From an uncultured Thermoplasmata archaeon (lineage in GTDB: Archaea; Thermoplasmatota; Thermoplasmata; UBA10834), in NCBI GenBank assembly GCA_963719945.1, contig CAVRDX010000001.1:320001-384000 (forward strand): a stretch of 64,000 nucleotides of DNA, written 5' to 3'. Shown piece by piece: positions 40,315 through 50,255 of the stretch. Positions within the stretch are counted from its first letter, which is position 1. Each line of letters starts with the position of its first letter. The notes beneath the pieces were generated by a model. That model did no database searches, was not told the origin of the DNA, and worked only from the letters and a program-made list of their open reading frames with translations. The translations under genes were made by a program, and so were the position numbers.

Positions 40315-40608
40315 CTACTTGACTTTGCATTCCGGTCTCGATTTGACATCGGCCATTATCGTCTTGAGTGTGACCACATCGCCGACCTTGCTCACGAAAT
40401 CTATTGGCAGACAGATCTTGACGCTTCCAAGGAATGGCTTCTTGAATGCAAGTTCCCTGGCGGCATCGTCCGTGAGTTCTATATTCAGATGTGTGACCTT
40501 CCAATTATTCGTATCCACATTCGTTCCATCGATCTGACCCAATACGAAAGCATCCGATGTCACGACTTCCAAACCCACCAGTTTCACTGCTGTTACCATA
40601 TCCTCCAC
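40315..40608 (-). CDS. PRC-barrel domain protein
   Basis: LVGLEVVTSDAFVLGQI...VSKVGDVVTL. Confidence 0.8.
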   Translation of the reverse strand: MEDMVTAVKLVGLEVVTSDAFVLGQIDGTNVDTNNWKVTHLNIELTDDAARELAFKKPFLGSVKICLPIDFVSKVGDVVTLKTIMADVKSRPECKVK

Positions 40609-40895
40609 CTGTTCTACGAAACCACCTTCGCCCGTATGTAGATTGTCCCATTGTCTTCAAGAAGCGTGCGATTCATTGAAAATCATGATTTTTCGGTCGG
40701 GAACAAGTCTTATGCTGCAATCATGACAGCGATACGCTCCAAATGTGCTACTTGCTAATTGGCCAGGTACTCAATGATAGTGTGCGCTATTGAGCGTTTT
40801 TCTCCACGGTTGACCTCAATTTACGATTGTACTGGATATATGTACCGTACCTTTCAAGCGGAAGGTCTATTAGGCTGCAAATCAACACTGTTATT

Positions 40896-41501
40896 ATGAA
40901 CCCAAACCTGGATGATGTCGATAGGAAGATCCTGCGGGAGCTGCAAAAGGATGGTCGAGCATCTTTCAGGGACATCTCTTCTCGCATAGGTGTCAGCACT
41001 CCCACGGTGAGCGCGAGAGTACAAGCTATGACTGACATGGGTCTGATAAAAGGGTATTCGACACTTCTCGATGCGGACATGCTGGGACAGGTGTCCGTGA
41101 TGCTGACGATCAATGCGAAGCCATCCCACCTCGAGGATATCTATGAGCGACTCATGGAAGATGAGATGGTCAGACAGATCTTCATTCTCTCTGACTCAAG
41201 ATTGTTGTGCATGCTGTCCTTCTACAATCAGGTGAAGTATAAGCTGTTCATCGAAACAATATCCAAGATACCTGAGATTCTCTCGATGGATGCATCGATG
41301 ATACTGAAGGCTCCAAAGGAGAATCAGAGAGCCGCGCTCACCGACGAGGCTGGATTGCTCATCCGATGTTATTATTGCGGGCATATGATACATGACGAGG
41401 GTGTTAAGATCAAAATGGATGGGAAGTATCACTATCTCTGCTGCAGCGTATGCTCCAAACTCTACAAGGAGAAATACGAAAAGTTGAGGAAATCAGCTTA
41501 A
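40896..41501 (+). CDS. Lrp/AsnC regulator with C-terminal TRASH domain (CopR-like)
   Basis: LDDVDRKILRELQKDGRAS HTH; CYYCG...YLCCSVC. Confidence 0.88.
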   Translation: MNPNLDDVDRKILRELQKDGRASFRDISSRIGVSTPTVSARVQAMTDMGLIKGYSTLLDADMLGQVSVMLTINAKPSHLEDIYERLMEDEMVRQIFILSDSRLLCMLSFYNQVKYKLFIETISKIPEILSMDASMILKAPKENQRAALTDEAGLLIRCYYCGHMIHDEGVKIKMDGKYHYLCCSVCSKLYKEKYEKLRKSA

Positions 41502-41546
41502 TGTGGATTATCCTCAGTCTCTGAGATTATTTTCAATTGTTCATGA

Positions 41547-41687
41547 TCAGGCGTATTTCTCAGGATTCTTATCAAACGCCTTCTTGCATCCAGGTGCGCA
41601 GAAGAAGAAATCCTTTCCATTGTAAGTCGATTTCCATTTGGCGGTCTTAGGGTCCACTTCCATCTTGCATATCGGGTCTATTGCCAT
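41547..41687 (-). CDS. YHS/TRASH-domain metallochaperone (46 aa)
   Basis: Manual translation MAIDPICKMEVDPKTAKWKSTYNGKDFFFCAPGCKKAFDKNPEKYA; upstream GAGGAG; below the ORF-track cutoff. Confidence 0.88.
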   Translation of the reverse strand: MAIDPICKMEVDPKTAKWKSTYNGKDFFFCAPGCKKAFDKNPEKYA

Positions 41688-41909
41688 TTCCATCTCCTCA
41701 CGATCGTAATTGGGGAGCGGAGCCAGGTTCTCAGTTGCGGGGCATAGAGTGGGGTCTAGCTCCGCTCCTAGACATTACTATTGCCTCTTCGTCGGGATAT
41801 CTCTTGTCCCTTACGGCACTGCCAATCAATTTACACCAGTCTTACGGTGAAATAACAACGCTTATATCAAGTACCATTTATGAGGAACTCCGGAATCTGG
41901 TGAATAAAG

Positions 41910-42695
41910 ATGCCGATATTCGAAAAGTCATCCGAAAAGGCCGTGACACGCGCGATTCTGTCCGAATTTTCGAAGGACATGGAGCGATTCTCCGAGGCAG
42001 AAGTCATCATCGTTGGCGGTGGTCCGAGCGGACTCATAGCTGCAAGGGATTTGGCTCTTAAAGGCGTAAATGTCTTGATTCTTGAGAAGAACAACTACCT
42101 GGGCGGCGGCTTCTGGGTCGGCGGATTCTTCATGAATACGATAACAATCAGAGCTCCGGCACATAAGTTGCTCGACGAGATTGGCGTAAGATACCGCGAA
42201 TTCGAGAAAGGGCTCTATGTGACACCCGGTCCATATGCCTGTGGGAAGCTTATTGCAGCTGCAAGCGAAGCTGGTGCTGGCATACTCAACATGACCATGT
42301 TCGATGATGTTGTGCTCCGCGAGAACAACCGGGTCGCTGGTGCAGTCATAAACTGGTCTCCTGTCACCTTCCTTCCGAAGGCGGTCAATTGCGTGGACCC
42401 CATTGCTATCGAATCCAAAGTCGTGATCGATGCAACTGGTCATGACGCGACTGTAGTGCGGAAGCTGGAAGAGCGTGGTCTGATCAAGACCCCTGGCTTC
42501 GGCGCGATGTGGATCGAAAAGAGCGAGGACGCGGTCGTCGAGAAGAGCGGTATAGCTCATCCTGGTCTGGTTGTCATTGGAATGGCCGTTTCCACGACAT
42601 TCGGATTGCCAAGGATGGGTCCGACTTTCGGGTCGATGCTGCTATCTGGAAGAAGGGGTGCCGAAGTTGCTCTTGAGATGCTCAAGAGCGATTAG
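41910..42695 (+). CDS. thi4: Thiazole synthase Thi4 (Cys-type)
   Basis: GGGPSG, GGGFWVGG, NCVDP, DATGHDA, PRMGPTFGSMLLSG. Confidence 0.94.
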   Translation: MPIFEKSSEKAVTRAILSEFSKDMERFSEAEVIIVGGGPSGLIAARDLALKGVNVLILEKNNYLGGGFWVGGFFMNTITIRAPAHKLLDEIGVRYREFEKGLYVTPGPYACGKLIAAASEAGAGILNMTMFDDVVLRENNRVAGAVINWSPVTFLPKAVNCVDPIAIESKVVIDATGHDATVVRKLEERGLIKTPGFGAMWIEKSEDAVVEKSGIAHPGLVVIGMAVSTTFGLPRMGPTFGSMLLSGRRGAEVALEMLKSD

Positions 42696-42718
42696 TACTC
42701 CTGCGAAACTTGTGAACT

Positions 42719-42738
42719 GAGGGGAATCATCCCCCTCT
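42719..42738. terminator. Short hairpin between convergent thi4 and carB
   Basis: GAGGGG-aatcatc-CCCCTC. Confidence 0.4.
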
Positions 42739-42756
42739 AGATGCTCATGAAGAAGC

Positions 42757-45700
42757 TCAGGTCTTCCTGTGGAAATGGGATAGGTCGTTGACCGAAAGGC
42801 CTCTCGTCGCCACATACTCCATTGCGAGCACGGCGGCGCTGGCCCCTTTTATCGTTGTGAACATCGGTATCTCGAGTTCGACTGCTAGTCTTCTCATCAT
42901 GTAACCGTCCCTCCTTGCGCCCGATGCTTCGGTGGGTGTTGTGATTATCATCTGGACCTGTCCTTTCCTCATCAGGGACAGGGCATCTGGGGAGTTCTTT
43001 TCTGAGATCAAGTATACCGTTGTAGCGTCGATTCCCCTGGATCTCAGCATGCTCGCAGTTCCTTTTGTGGCGACTATGCCGAATCCGAGCTTGCTCAGAC
43101 GCCGCGCGAGTTCGATGGCATCTTCTTTATCGTTATCCGCAACACTGACATATACCGTGCCAGACTTGGGCAGCTTCTGCCCTGCACCGGCAAGGGCTTT
43201 GTAGACGGCAGCTGGATAGTCGGAATCTATACCCATGACCTCTCCGGTCGACTTCATTTCGGGTCCGAGTATGCTATCGACGCCGACGAGCTTGAGGAAT
43301 GGGAAGACCGATGCTTTGACTGCATAGTGGTGTATCTCCGTATCCTTGGTCAATCCCAGTTCTTCGAGGGTCTTTCCAAGCATCACCTTCGTCGCAACCT
43401 TGGCTAGAGGAACACCTGTCGCCTTCGAGATTATCGGAACCGTCCGACTAGCCCTCGGGTTCGCCTCGAGCATGTAAAGTATGCCCTCCTTGTATGCCAG
43501 TTGGAGGTTCATCAATCCGATTGTCCCTAGGCTCACTGCGACCTTCCTGGTTATCGATCTGATCTCTTCAATGACCTCGCTCGAGAGCGTGATTGGCGGG
43601 AGAACCATTGTCGCATCCCCGGAATGCACACCAGCTTCTTCGATGTGCTCGAGGATGCCTCCTATGAATACACTCTTTCCATCGCTCACAGCGTCCACAT
43701 CTATTTCGATCGCATGGCTGAGATACTTGTCGACAAGTATCGGGTGCTTCTTCGACACCTTCGCGGCGCTGCGCATGTATGTCTCCAATTCCGATTCATT
43801 GTAGACGATCTCCATTGCGCGTCCGCCAAGCACATAACTCGGTCGGATCAGGACCGGATATCCTATATCATCGGCGAGATTCTTCACCTCGTCGAATGAG
43901 AATCCTGTGCCGGACTTGGGCTGATGTATCCCGAGTTCTTGCATGAGCTTCGAGAACTTCTTCCTGTCTTCCGCAAGGTCGATGGCCTCGGGCGAAGTCC
44001 CCAATATCTTGGTCTTCTTCCCCTTGAGCGCATTTTCGAGCGGAATGGCCAGGTTTATTGCGGTCTGTCCCCCGAACTGCAGGATTATGCCGTCTGCATC
44101 CTCCTTCTCGATGATATTGAGGACATCTTCTGTGGTGATTGGCTCGAAGTAGAGCCTTGTGGAGATATCGAAATCGGTAGAGACGGTCTCTGGATTATTG
44201 TTTACTATTACTGCGTCTATGGATTCTCCCTTCAGCGCAAGCGCTCCATGCACACAACAATAATCGAACTCAATGCCTTGCCCGATACGGATCGGACCGC
44301 TGCCTACTATGATCACAGTCTTGTTGACCGAAGGCCTGGCTTCACACTCACGTTCGTATGTTGAATAGAAGTATGGAGTCTCCGCCTCGAATTCTGCAGC
44401 GCAGGTATCAACCATCTTGTAGGTGGGGTGCAGATCATTCTTCCTTCTTGCCTCCCTCACTACATGTTCGTCCTTTCTCACAAGTGAAGCGATGTGCTCA
44501 TCACTGAATCCAAGTCTCTTTGCATTCAGCATCGTGGTTGCATCCAGTCCATTGGATTTGAGCTCGTTCTCCATATCGATGATGTTCTGGATCTTCCTGA
44601 CGAAGAATTGGTCCCACTTCGACATCTTGCATACGCGATCCACACTGAATCCTCTTCTCAGTGCTTCGGCGATCACATAGAGCCGAAGGTCCGTGGCTAT
44701 GGCAAGCTCCTTTTCGATATCCTCATCTGTCCAGGACTCCGGTTCCAGGGCAATCCTGTCGATTTCGAGTGACCTCACAGCTTTTAGGATGGATTCCTCA
44801 GCGCATCTGCCGATCGCCATGACCTCCCCAGTGCTCTTCATCTGGGTCCCAAGTCTCCGGTCGACAGTCCGGAACTTGTCAAAGGGCCATCTCGGTATCT
44901 TCATCACGACGTAATCGATGGATGGCTCGAAGGCTGCGCAGGTTTTCTTGGTAATGGCATTTGGAATTTCGTCTAGAGTCTTCCCAATGGCAATCTTTGC
45001 CGCAACTCGAGCAATCGGATAACCCGTGGCCTTCGATGCGAGTGCAGAACTCCTGGAAACTCTCGGATTAACCTCGATCACCCGATATTCTCCAGTGTCG
45101 TGATTGAATGCGAATTGGACATTCGCCCCTCCCTCGATCCCCAATGCCCTTATGATGTTGAGCGATGCGGAGCGCAATCTCTGATGGTCGTCGTCGCTGA
45201 GCGTCTGGGCGGGCGCGACGACAATGCTCTCGCCCGTATGGATACCCATCGGGTCCAGGTTCTCCATGCTGCAGATGATTATGCAGTTATCGTTCCCATC
45301 GCGCATGACTTCATACTCAAATTCTTTCCAACCAATCACGCTTTCCTCGATCAGGACCTGCTTGATCCTGGAATATGCCAAGCCCCTTCCAGCGATGTCT
45401 TCTAGCTCTTTTTCGTCATATGCGATTCCGCCACCAGTCCCTCCGAGTGTGAATGCTGGCCGGACCAGTACCGGATATTGTCCAATCTCCTCCACTGCCT
45501 TCTTGGCCTCATCTATCGAGTGCACCGTCTTGCTCTTTGGAATGGGCTCGCCGAGGCCGAGCATCGTCTTTCTGAACAATTCTCGGTCCTCAGAAAGGGC
45601 TATCGCCTCTGGCTGACTGCCGAGGAGTTCTACGTCAAGTCGTTCCAGGTACCCTTTCTCAGCAAGTTCCGAACACAAGTTCAGCGCAGTCTGTCCACCC

Positions 45701-45972
45701 ATTCCTGAGAGAATCCCGTCAATCTTCTCCTTCTGGATTATGGCTGCAACGGTTTCGATGTCCAGCGGCTCTATGTAGACGATGTCTGCCATCTCCAGGT
45801 CTGTCTGGATCGTCGCTGGATTGGAGTTGACGAGGACTGTCGTGTATCCCTCCTCTCTGAGTGATTTGCATGCTTGTGATCCCGAGAAATCAAACTCTGC
45901 TGCTTGCCCTATGATTATGGGTCCAGAGCCGATGACCATCAGTTTCTTGAGATCATCCCTTCTCGGCATCAA
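42757..45972 (-). CDS. carB: Carbamoyl-phosphate synthase large subunit
   Basis: GSGPIIIGQAAEFD, duplicated ATP-grasp domains, MGS domain. Confidence 0.98.
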   Translation of the reverse strand: MMPRRDDLKKLMVIGSGPIIIGQAAEFDFSGSQACKSLREEGYTTVLVNSNPATIQTDLEMADIVYIEPLDIETVAAIIQKEKIDGILSGMGGQTALNLCSELAEKGYLERLDVELLGSQPEAIALSEDRELFRKTMLGLGEPIPKSKTVHSIDEAKKAVEEIGQYPVLVRPAFTLGGTGGGIAYDEKELEDIAGRGLAYSRIKQVLIEESVIGWKEFEYEVMRDGNDNCIIICSMENLDPMGIHTGESIVVAPAQTLSDDDHQRLRSASLNIIRALGIEGGANVQFAFNHDTGEYRVIEVNPRVSRSSALASKATGYPIARVAAKIAIGKTLDEIPNAITKKTCAAFEPSIDYVVMKIPRWPFDKFRTVDRRLGTQMKSTGEVMAIGRCAEESILKAVRSLEIDRIALEPESWTDEDIEKELAIATDLRLYVIAEALRRGFSVDRVCKMSKWDQFFVRKIQNIIDMENELKSNGLDATTMLNAKRLGFSDEHIASLVRKDEHVVREARRKNDLHPTYKMVDTCAAEFEAETPYFYSTYERECEARPSVNKTVIIVGSGPIRIGQGIEFDYCCVHGALALKGESIDAVIVNNNPETVSTDFDISTRLYFEPITTEDVLNIIEKEDADGIILQFGGQTAINLAIPLENALKGKKTKILGTSPEAIDLAEDRKKFSKLMQELGIHQPKSGTGFSFDEVKNLADDIGYPVLIRPSYVLGGRAMEIVYNESELETYMRSAAKVSKKHPILVDKYLSHAIEIDVDAVSDGKSVFIGGILEHIEEAGVHSGDATMVLPPITLSSEVIEEIRSITRKVAVSLGTIGLMNLQLAYKEGILYMLEANPRASRTVPIISKATGVPLAKVATKVMLGKTLEELGLTKDTEIHHYAVKASVFPFLKLVGVDSILGPEMKSTGEVMGIDSDYPAAVYKALAGAGQKLPKSGTVYVSVADNDKEDAIELARRLSKLGFGIVATKGTASMLRSRGIDATTVYLISEKNSPDALSLMRKGQVQMIITTPTEASGARRDGYMMRRLAVELEIPMFTTIKGASAAVLAMEYVATRGLSVNDLSHFHRKT

Positions 45973-47045
45973 TCTCCCTCCAGCATAGTCTTCAATCGGT
46001 CAAAGAGGAATCTCGAATCGCTTGGTCCGGCATGCGCTTCCGGATGGAACTGTACCGAGAATATCGGGAGTTCCTTGTGCCGGACGCCTTCGACGGTCCA
46101 ATCATTCAGATTGACGAAACAGACATCTAGCCCTGCATCTTCTGCAGATTCGCGGTCAACTGCGAACCCATGGTTCTGTGATGTGATCAGGACCCTGCCT
46201 TCGAACTTCACTGGCTGATTGATGCCTCTGTGGCCGAATTTGAGCTTGTAGGTCTTCGCCCCAAACATGAGTGAGAGAAGCTGGTTACCGAGACATATGC
46301 CCATCATCGGATATTCTTCTTTGAGTTTGGCTAGGGTGGATACCGTAGCGGAAAGCATCTCAGGATGCGCTGGATTGCCGGGACCATTGGTGATGAATAT
46401 CCCATCTGGCTCGAAGCTTCTCACGGTCTCAGGCGTTGCATCATATGGGAGCTGGATCACATTGAACCGCTTCCTCAGCTCAATCAAGATGTTCTCTTTC
46501 ACTCCACAATCAAATACTGCGACGGTCTTCGATTTCTTCTCATCGAATCTTATCGGTATGCCCGTGCTCACACTTGCCACTAGATTGGTTTGATCTGGGT
46601 TTTTTGAAATCTTCACCTTCTCGAGCATAGCAGCAGGGTCTCCCGCAGTGATTCCTCCCATCATCGTCCCCACATCCCTAATCTTTCGGATGAGAGCTCG
46701 CGTGTCTATGCCACTTATGCCCGGAACCTTCGATGCTCTGAGAAATTCGTCAATAGTCTGCACGCAATCTCTGTGGCTCGGAAACCTCGAATGTTCCCTG
46801 ACCACATATCCCCAGACCTGGACTGCCTTTGACTGATTATCATGGGAATTAGTCCCATAATTTCCGATGAGTGGATATGATGATACAAGGATCTGGCCAC
46901 AGTACGACGGGTCTGTCAGAGATTCCTGATATCCCGTCATTCCGGTGGAGAAGACGACTTCTCCGATTCTATCTTCGAGAAAGCCGAAGAGCACCCCATC
47001 ATAGACCGTCCCATCTTCGAGGACAAGGTAACCCTTCATTCGCAC
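45969..47045 (-). CDS. carA: Carbamoyl-phosphate synthase small subunit
   Basis: GYQESLTDPSY, NGPGNP, GICLG, FHPE. Confidence 0.97.
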   Translation of the reverse strand: MRMKGYLVLEDGTVYDGVLFGFLEDRIGEVVFSTGMTGYQESLTDPSYCGQILVSSYPLIGNYGTNSHDNQSKAVQVWGYVVREHSRFPSHRDCVQTIDEFLRASKVPGISGIDTRALIRKIRDVGTMMGGITAGDPAAMLEKVKISKNPDQTNLVASVSTGIPIRFDEKKSKTVAVFDCGVKENILIELRKRFNVIQLPYDATPETVRSFEPDGIFITNGPGNPAHPEMLSATVSTLAKLKEEYPMMGICLGNQLLSLMFGAKTYKLKFGHRGINQPVKFEGRVLITSQNHGFAVDRESAEDAGLDVCFVNLNDWTVEGVRHKELPIFSVQFHPEAHAGPSDSRFLFDRLKTMLEGD

Positions 47046-47168
47046 GACCTGTCGTGTATTCCAAGAAGGGTTAAAGAAGCTTATTGTGTGGAGTCGGACT
47101 CAATTCGTTTCGATTATCCAGTTCTGGACATTGAATCCTTGCATCAGCTGGATTCTCGACAAATGGAA

Positions 47169-47738
47169 TCATTTCTTGGATGACTCCCAATCCCTTCGTA
47201 GCAGAGCGAACAGGTACTCATCGACATACTCACCATTCCATTTGGAGTAGTCTCGAAGAATCCCCTCCTGCACGAACCCTAGCTTCTTGATCAGGGACCT
47301 CGAGCGTGGATTGGTTGCCATGATTGTAACCGCTATCCGGTTCAACCCCATTTCCTCGAAGCCATATCGAATGGCTTCATTCATGGCTTCGACCATGATT
47401 CCCTGTCCCCAGTGCGCTGGCTGCAGATCATATCCCATATCGGCCTTCTTGAAATCCTTGTTCCAGGCGTAGAATCCGCAGCTACCTATTATCTCGTCAG
47501 AATCCTTAAACCGAATTCCCCATCTGATGCCTCTGGCTTCCTCGAAGAGGCCGACGATGTAGAGGTTCAGCTCCTCTTTGGCAGTCTCGATATCCTTCGG
47601 GCCTTCGAAACCCTGTCCTTCGATTATCTCCTTAGTGGAGAAATGATTGAAATACCATTGATAGTGGTCCTTGGAAATCTTGCCCAGTATGAGTCTTTCT
47701 GTTTCTATGACCGGGAACTCAACTTGCTGTGCTGGCAT
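47169..47738 (-). CDS. RimJ/RimL-like GNAT acetyltransferase
   Basis: IETERLIL, HWGQGIM, NPRS..KLGF..EG. Confidence 0.9.
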   Translation of the reverse strand: MPAQQVEFPVIETERLILGKISKDHYQWYFNHFSTKEIIEGQGFEGPKDIETAKEELNLYIVGLFEEARGIRWGIRFKDSDEIIGSCGFYAWNKDFKKADMGYDLQPAHWGQGIMVEAMNEAIRYGFEEMGLNRIAVTIMATNPRSRSLIKKLGFVQEGILRDYSKWNGEYVDEYLFALLRRDWESSKK

Positions 47739-47826
47739 GTGCTTCAGTGATTGACGCGATTTGACATAAAGATTGCCTGCCCATTTCCCATGTCAATCCA
47801 TCATCGTATCGAAACGCAGATGGGCA

Positions 47827-48405
47827 TCACAACGCTGCGGTCACATCAGAGATCGAGTATGTCAGTGTGCAGTCTATGTCCTCGAATCCGTCATCGCTTC
47901 CATCCGAGGTCCAAGAATCCTCAAATGGTGATGTGAGTGTATGAGAGATGAAATACCCAGTTCCAGATTCACAATCGATCATGTGATTCCCTGCAGGATC
48001 CCCGTCATACACCTTTATCGTGAAGCTGAGGCTGATTACGTTCTCAGGCAATTCGACCGTAGCTTCGAACGGGAACTCAAGCACCATTGAGTCATTGAAC
48101 ACTTCGCTTGTGAAACTCTCATTGGTCGGAACCATATCGTTTCCAATGTATGCTATCCATATCACAAAGCATGGGTCACCAGCGAAGGTGCCATCCTCTT
48201 GATAATAGTCTATCGAGACAATGACCTCCCTGAGTGCTGAATCATCCGCACCGATGATTGTCAGGACCGCTCCTGCTATCAGAACGACGGCGATACAGAA
48301 TGATATGATGGAATACAACCTCTCCTTCTTCATGATGAAAAAGGTCCCAAGGATGGCAAACAACACTCCAAGAGCAATGATCGGCCCGATTATGATCAGT
48401 TCCAT
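47827..48405 (-). CDS. Hypothetical membrane-anchored protein with an acidic extracellular domain
   Basis: Two N-terminal TM segments then an acidic beta-rich region; RBS GAGG before ATG 48405 (48468 is an alternative start). Confidence 0.7.
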   Translation of the reverse strand: MELIIIGPIIALGVLFAILGTFFIMKKERLYSIISFCIAVVLIAGAVLTIIGADDSALREVIVSIDYYQEDGTFAGDPCFVIWIAYIGNDMVPTNESFTSEVFNDSMVLEFPFEATVELPENVISLSFTIKVYDGDPAGNHMIDCESGTGYFISHTLTSPFEDSWTSDGSDDGFEDIDCTLTYSISDVTAAL

Positions 48406-48464
48406 GTGGTCCTCGGTGCGAGTAATGCGTTCTTTCCCTATGACCCTTTCTCGCGAGCGGCGGA

Positions 48465-49223
48465 TCATTCAAATAGGACCCTGAGAGTGGTCGCTATGGC
48501 CTGGGCCGCAAATACCTCAACCTCTGGCTGAACTTCCTTTCCTCTCATCGTGATCCTCATTGAGCTGGGGATGCTATGGATGTGCTTGGCATTCTGGAGC
48601 ATTATCAGCATATGGTCTTCAGGTCCATGGATGTCGAAATCATGTTTCAGTTGGCTCTCGTTCCCTACACGGACTTTTCCATCCATGGTCATCGTGAGGG
48701 TGACATTCTCGTTTTCGGTGCTGAAACCTATTGTGGAGCCTTTCTTTCCTATGATCCGCGCGAATCTCCCAGGGGGTGTAGAATTCATCTTCTTCCACCA
48801 GTTGCTTTCCATTCGTACATTGCTTCGGTTCAGAAACGATATTATCGGAAGATTCTCTCTGTTGCTCGATGATGTTGCGGAGTCACTCCTGATGCGAACA
48901 TCCTCTAAGTGTCTCTTGTGCGAGACGATTACAAATAGGGTTATGGATAGTGCGAAAATCCCGAGGATGATTGCAGCATCGGCAACATCCCGCTCGTGGA
49001 TTAGGAGTCTCACCGTTACAAGCGCTGGTATAAGGAACAGATATCGTAATCTCTTCTGGATGTAGCGGTTGACATTCGAGTCTTCTTTTTGAGTGTACAC
49101 GTATGAAGCATGTTTCTTATTCTCTGAAATCGAAGCAAGTTCATTGCCACACATAGAACAGTAGATCGTATGCTCTCGGTTCTCATGGCCGCATTTCGGA
49201 CAATCCACAGCGCGCTCCTCCAC
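48465..49223 (-). CDS. Zinc-ribbon membrane protein
   Basis: CPKCG...YCSMCG, two TM segments, soluble C-terminal domain. Confidence 0.7.
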   Translation of the reverse strand: MEERAVDCPKCGHENREHTIYCSMCGNELASISENKKHASYVYTQKEDSNVNRYIQKRLRYLFLIPALVTVRLLIHERDVADAAIILGIFALSITLFVIVSHKRHLEDVRIRSDSATSSSNRENLPIISFLNRSNVRMESNWWKKMNSTPPGRFARIIGKKGSTIGFSTENENVTLTMTMDGKVRVGNESQLKHDFDIHGPEDHMLIMLQNAKHIHSIPSSMRITMRGKEVQPEVEVFAAQAIATTLRVLFE

Positions 49224-49397
49224 TTGTTCTGTGAACCTCTGGGCGTGTTATTATACTTGGGGTGGATCAGAGCGCTCATATCAATCGTGGAACGTGCTGT
49301 TGGTTCATTCGGAACAGGCAATGAAATGAGTTCAGCTGGCTCTTCACCATTCAATCTCTTTATAATACCTCGAAAACAATAGTCCGTCGAGCAGAAG

Positions 49398-50255
49398 ATG
49401 TTTCCAGAGCATTGCAAGGAAGTCAGCGTAAGGTCTGTGGATTTCCAGTTGACTGAGGAGAACATACTCAGGTTCCTTGGCGGTAAAAATGCATACATCC
49501 GGACGAAGTACTTCGTCTTGAACTCCGGTGATTCCTGGGCTGTAGCTGCTATAACGAAGCGAAGCGCCAACTCTGTGCTTCATCCGATAGAGTCCGTTCG
49601 AATACTGGCGCTGCCCAGTGAAACGCGATTCATCTACGATCCCTTGCTGGAGGTATTGTCCGCCACTAAGATGGGGATGATTCGTGAACAGACTGGTTCG
49701 CGTTGCGTGGTCGTGAAGGGTCGGTCCGAACACATATCCTTCTTCGTGGAAGAAGCCGCAGAACGGTTGACCGTCTTCGATGTGGTGCCGCCAGCGCCAT
49801 CGAAGCTGGTGAGCATGGTCGATCAAGTCCTTGAGTCTGAGCTCCAGGACAGGTTCGTCAAACGCGAGGTCATCGAGCTAAACCTCAACGATGTCGCTGC
49901 TGGAATCGATACTCCAATCATAATGTATCCCTGCAGGGCGTCCGGTCTCAGTTCAGATAAGGTGGTCATGTATCTCGATGAAACGCGGGAGCTGGATCGT
50001 TCAAAATTAGATGGTGTGACGCTGGTTGGGTGCAGTCTATCTGCTCGCATCTTCAAAGCCATCTATGGCAGAGAACCGAAGCTGGTCAATATCTGTCCTC
50101 GTGACCTCGCCAGACAGAGGAACATCCAGGGTCCGATGCTCGTCAAATGTTGCAAGGTCAAGGAAGGGTTCGAACGAGATGGCGATATGGTCATCGTCCC
50201 ATGGGGTACCAGGATGTCCGAGGTTGCAGACGCGCTGAGATCCGTCCTGGGTTAG
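49398..50255 (+). CDS. Conserved hypothetical Cys-rich protein
   Basis: EHISF, FDVVPP.PSKL, YPCRASG, GCSLS, NICP, KCC pattern suggests metal or FeS binding. Confidence 0.75.
   Translation: MFPEHCKEVSVRSVDFQLTEENILRFLGGKNAYIRTKYFVLNSGDSWAVAAITKRSANSVLHPIESVRILALPSETRFIYDPLLEVLSATKMGMIREQTGSRCVVVKGRSEHISFFVEEAAERLTVFDVVPPAPSKLVSMVDQVLESELQDRFVKREVIELNLNDVAAGIDTPIIMYPCRASGLSSDKVVMYLDETRELDRSKLDGVTLVGCSLSARIFKAIYGREPKLVNICPRDLARQRNIQGPMLVKCCKVKEGFERDGDMVIVPWGTRMSEVADALRSVLG

Noticed and set aside
41700-41909. TPP riboswitch upstream of thi4
   Set aside because: CTGAGA occurs only on the opposite strand and the rest of the TPP consensus is absent
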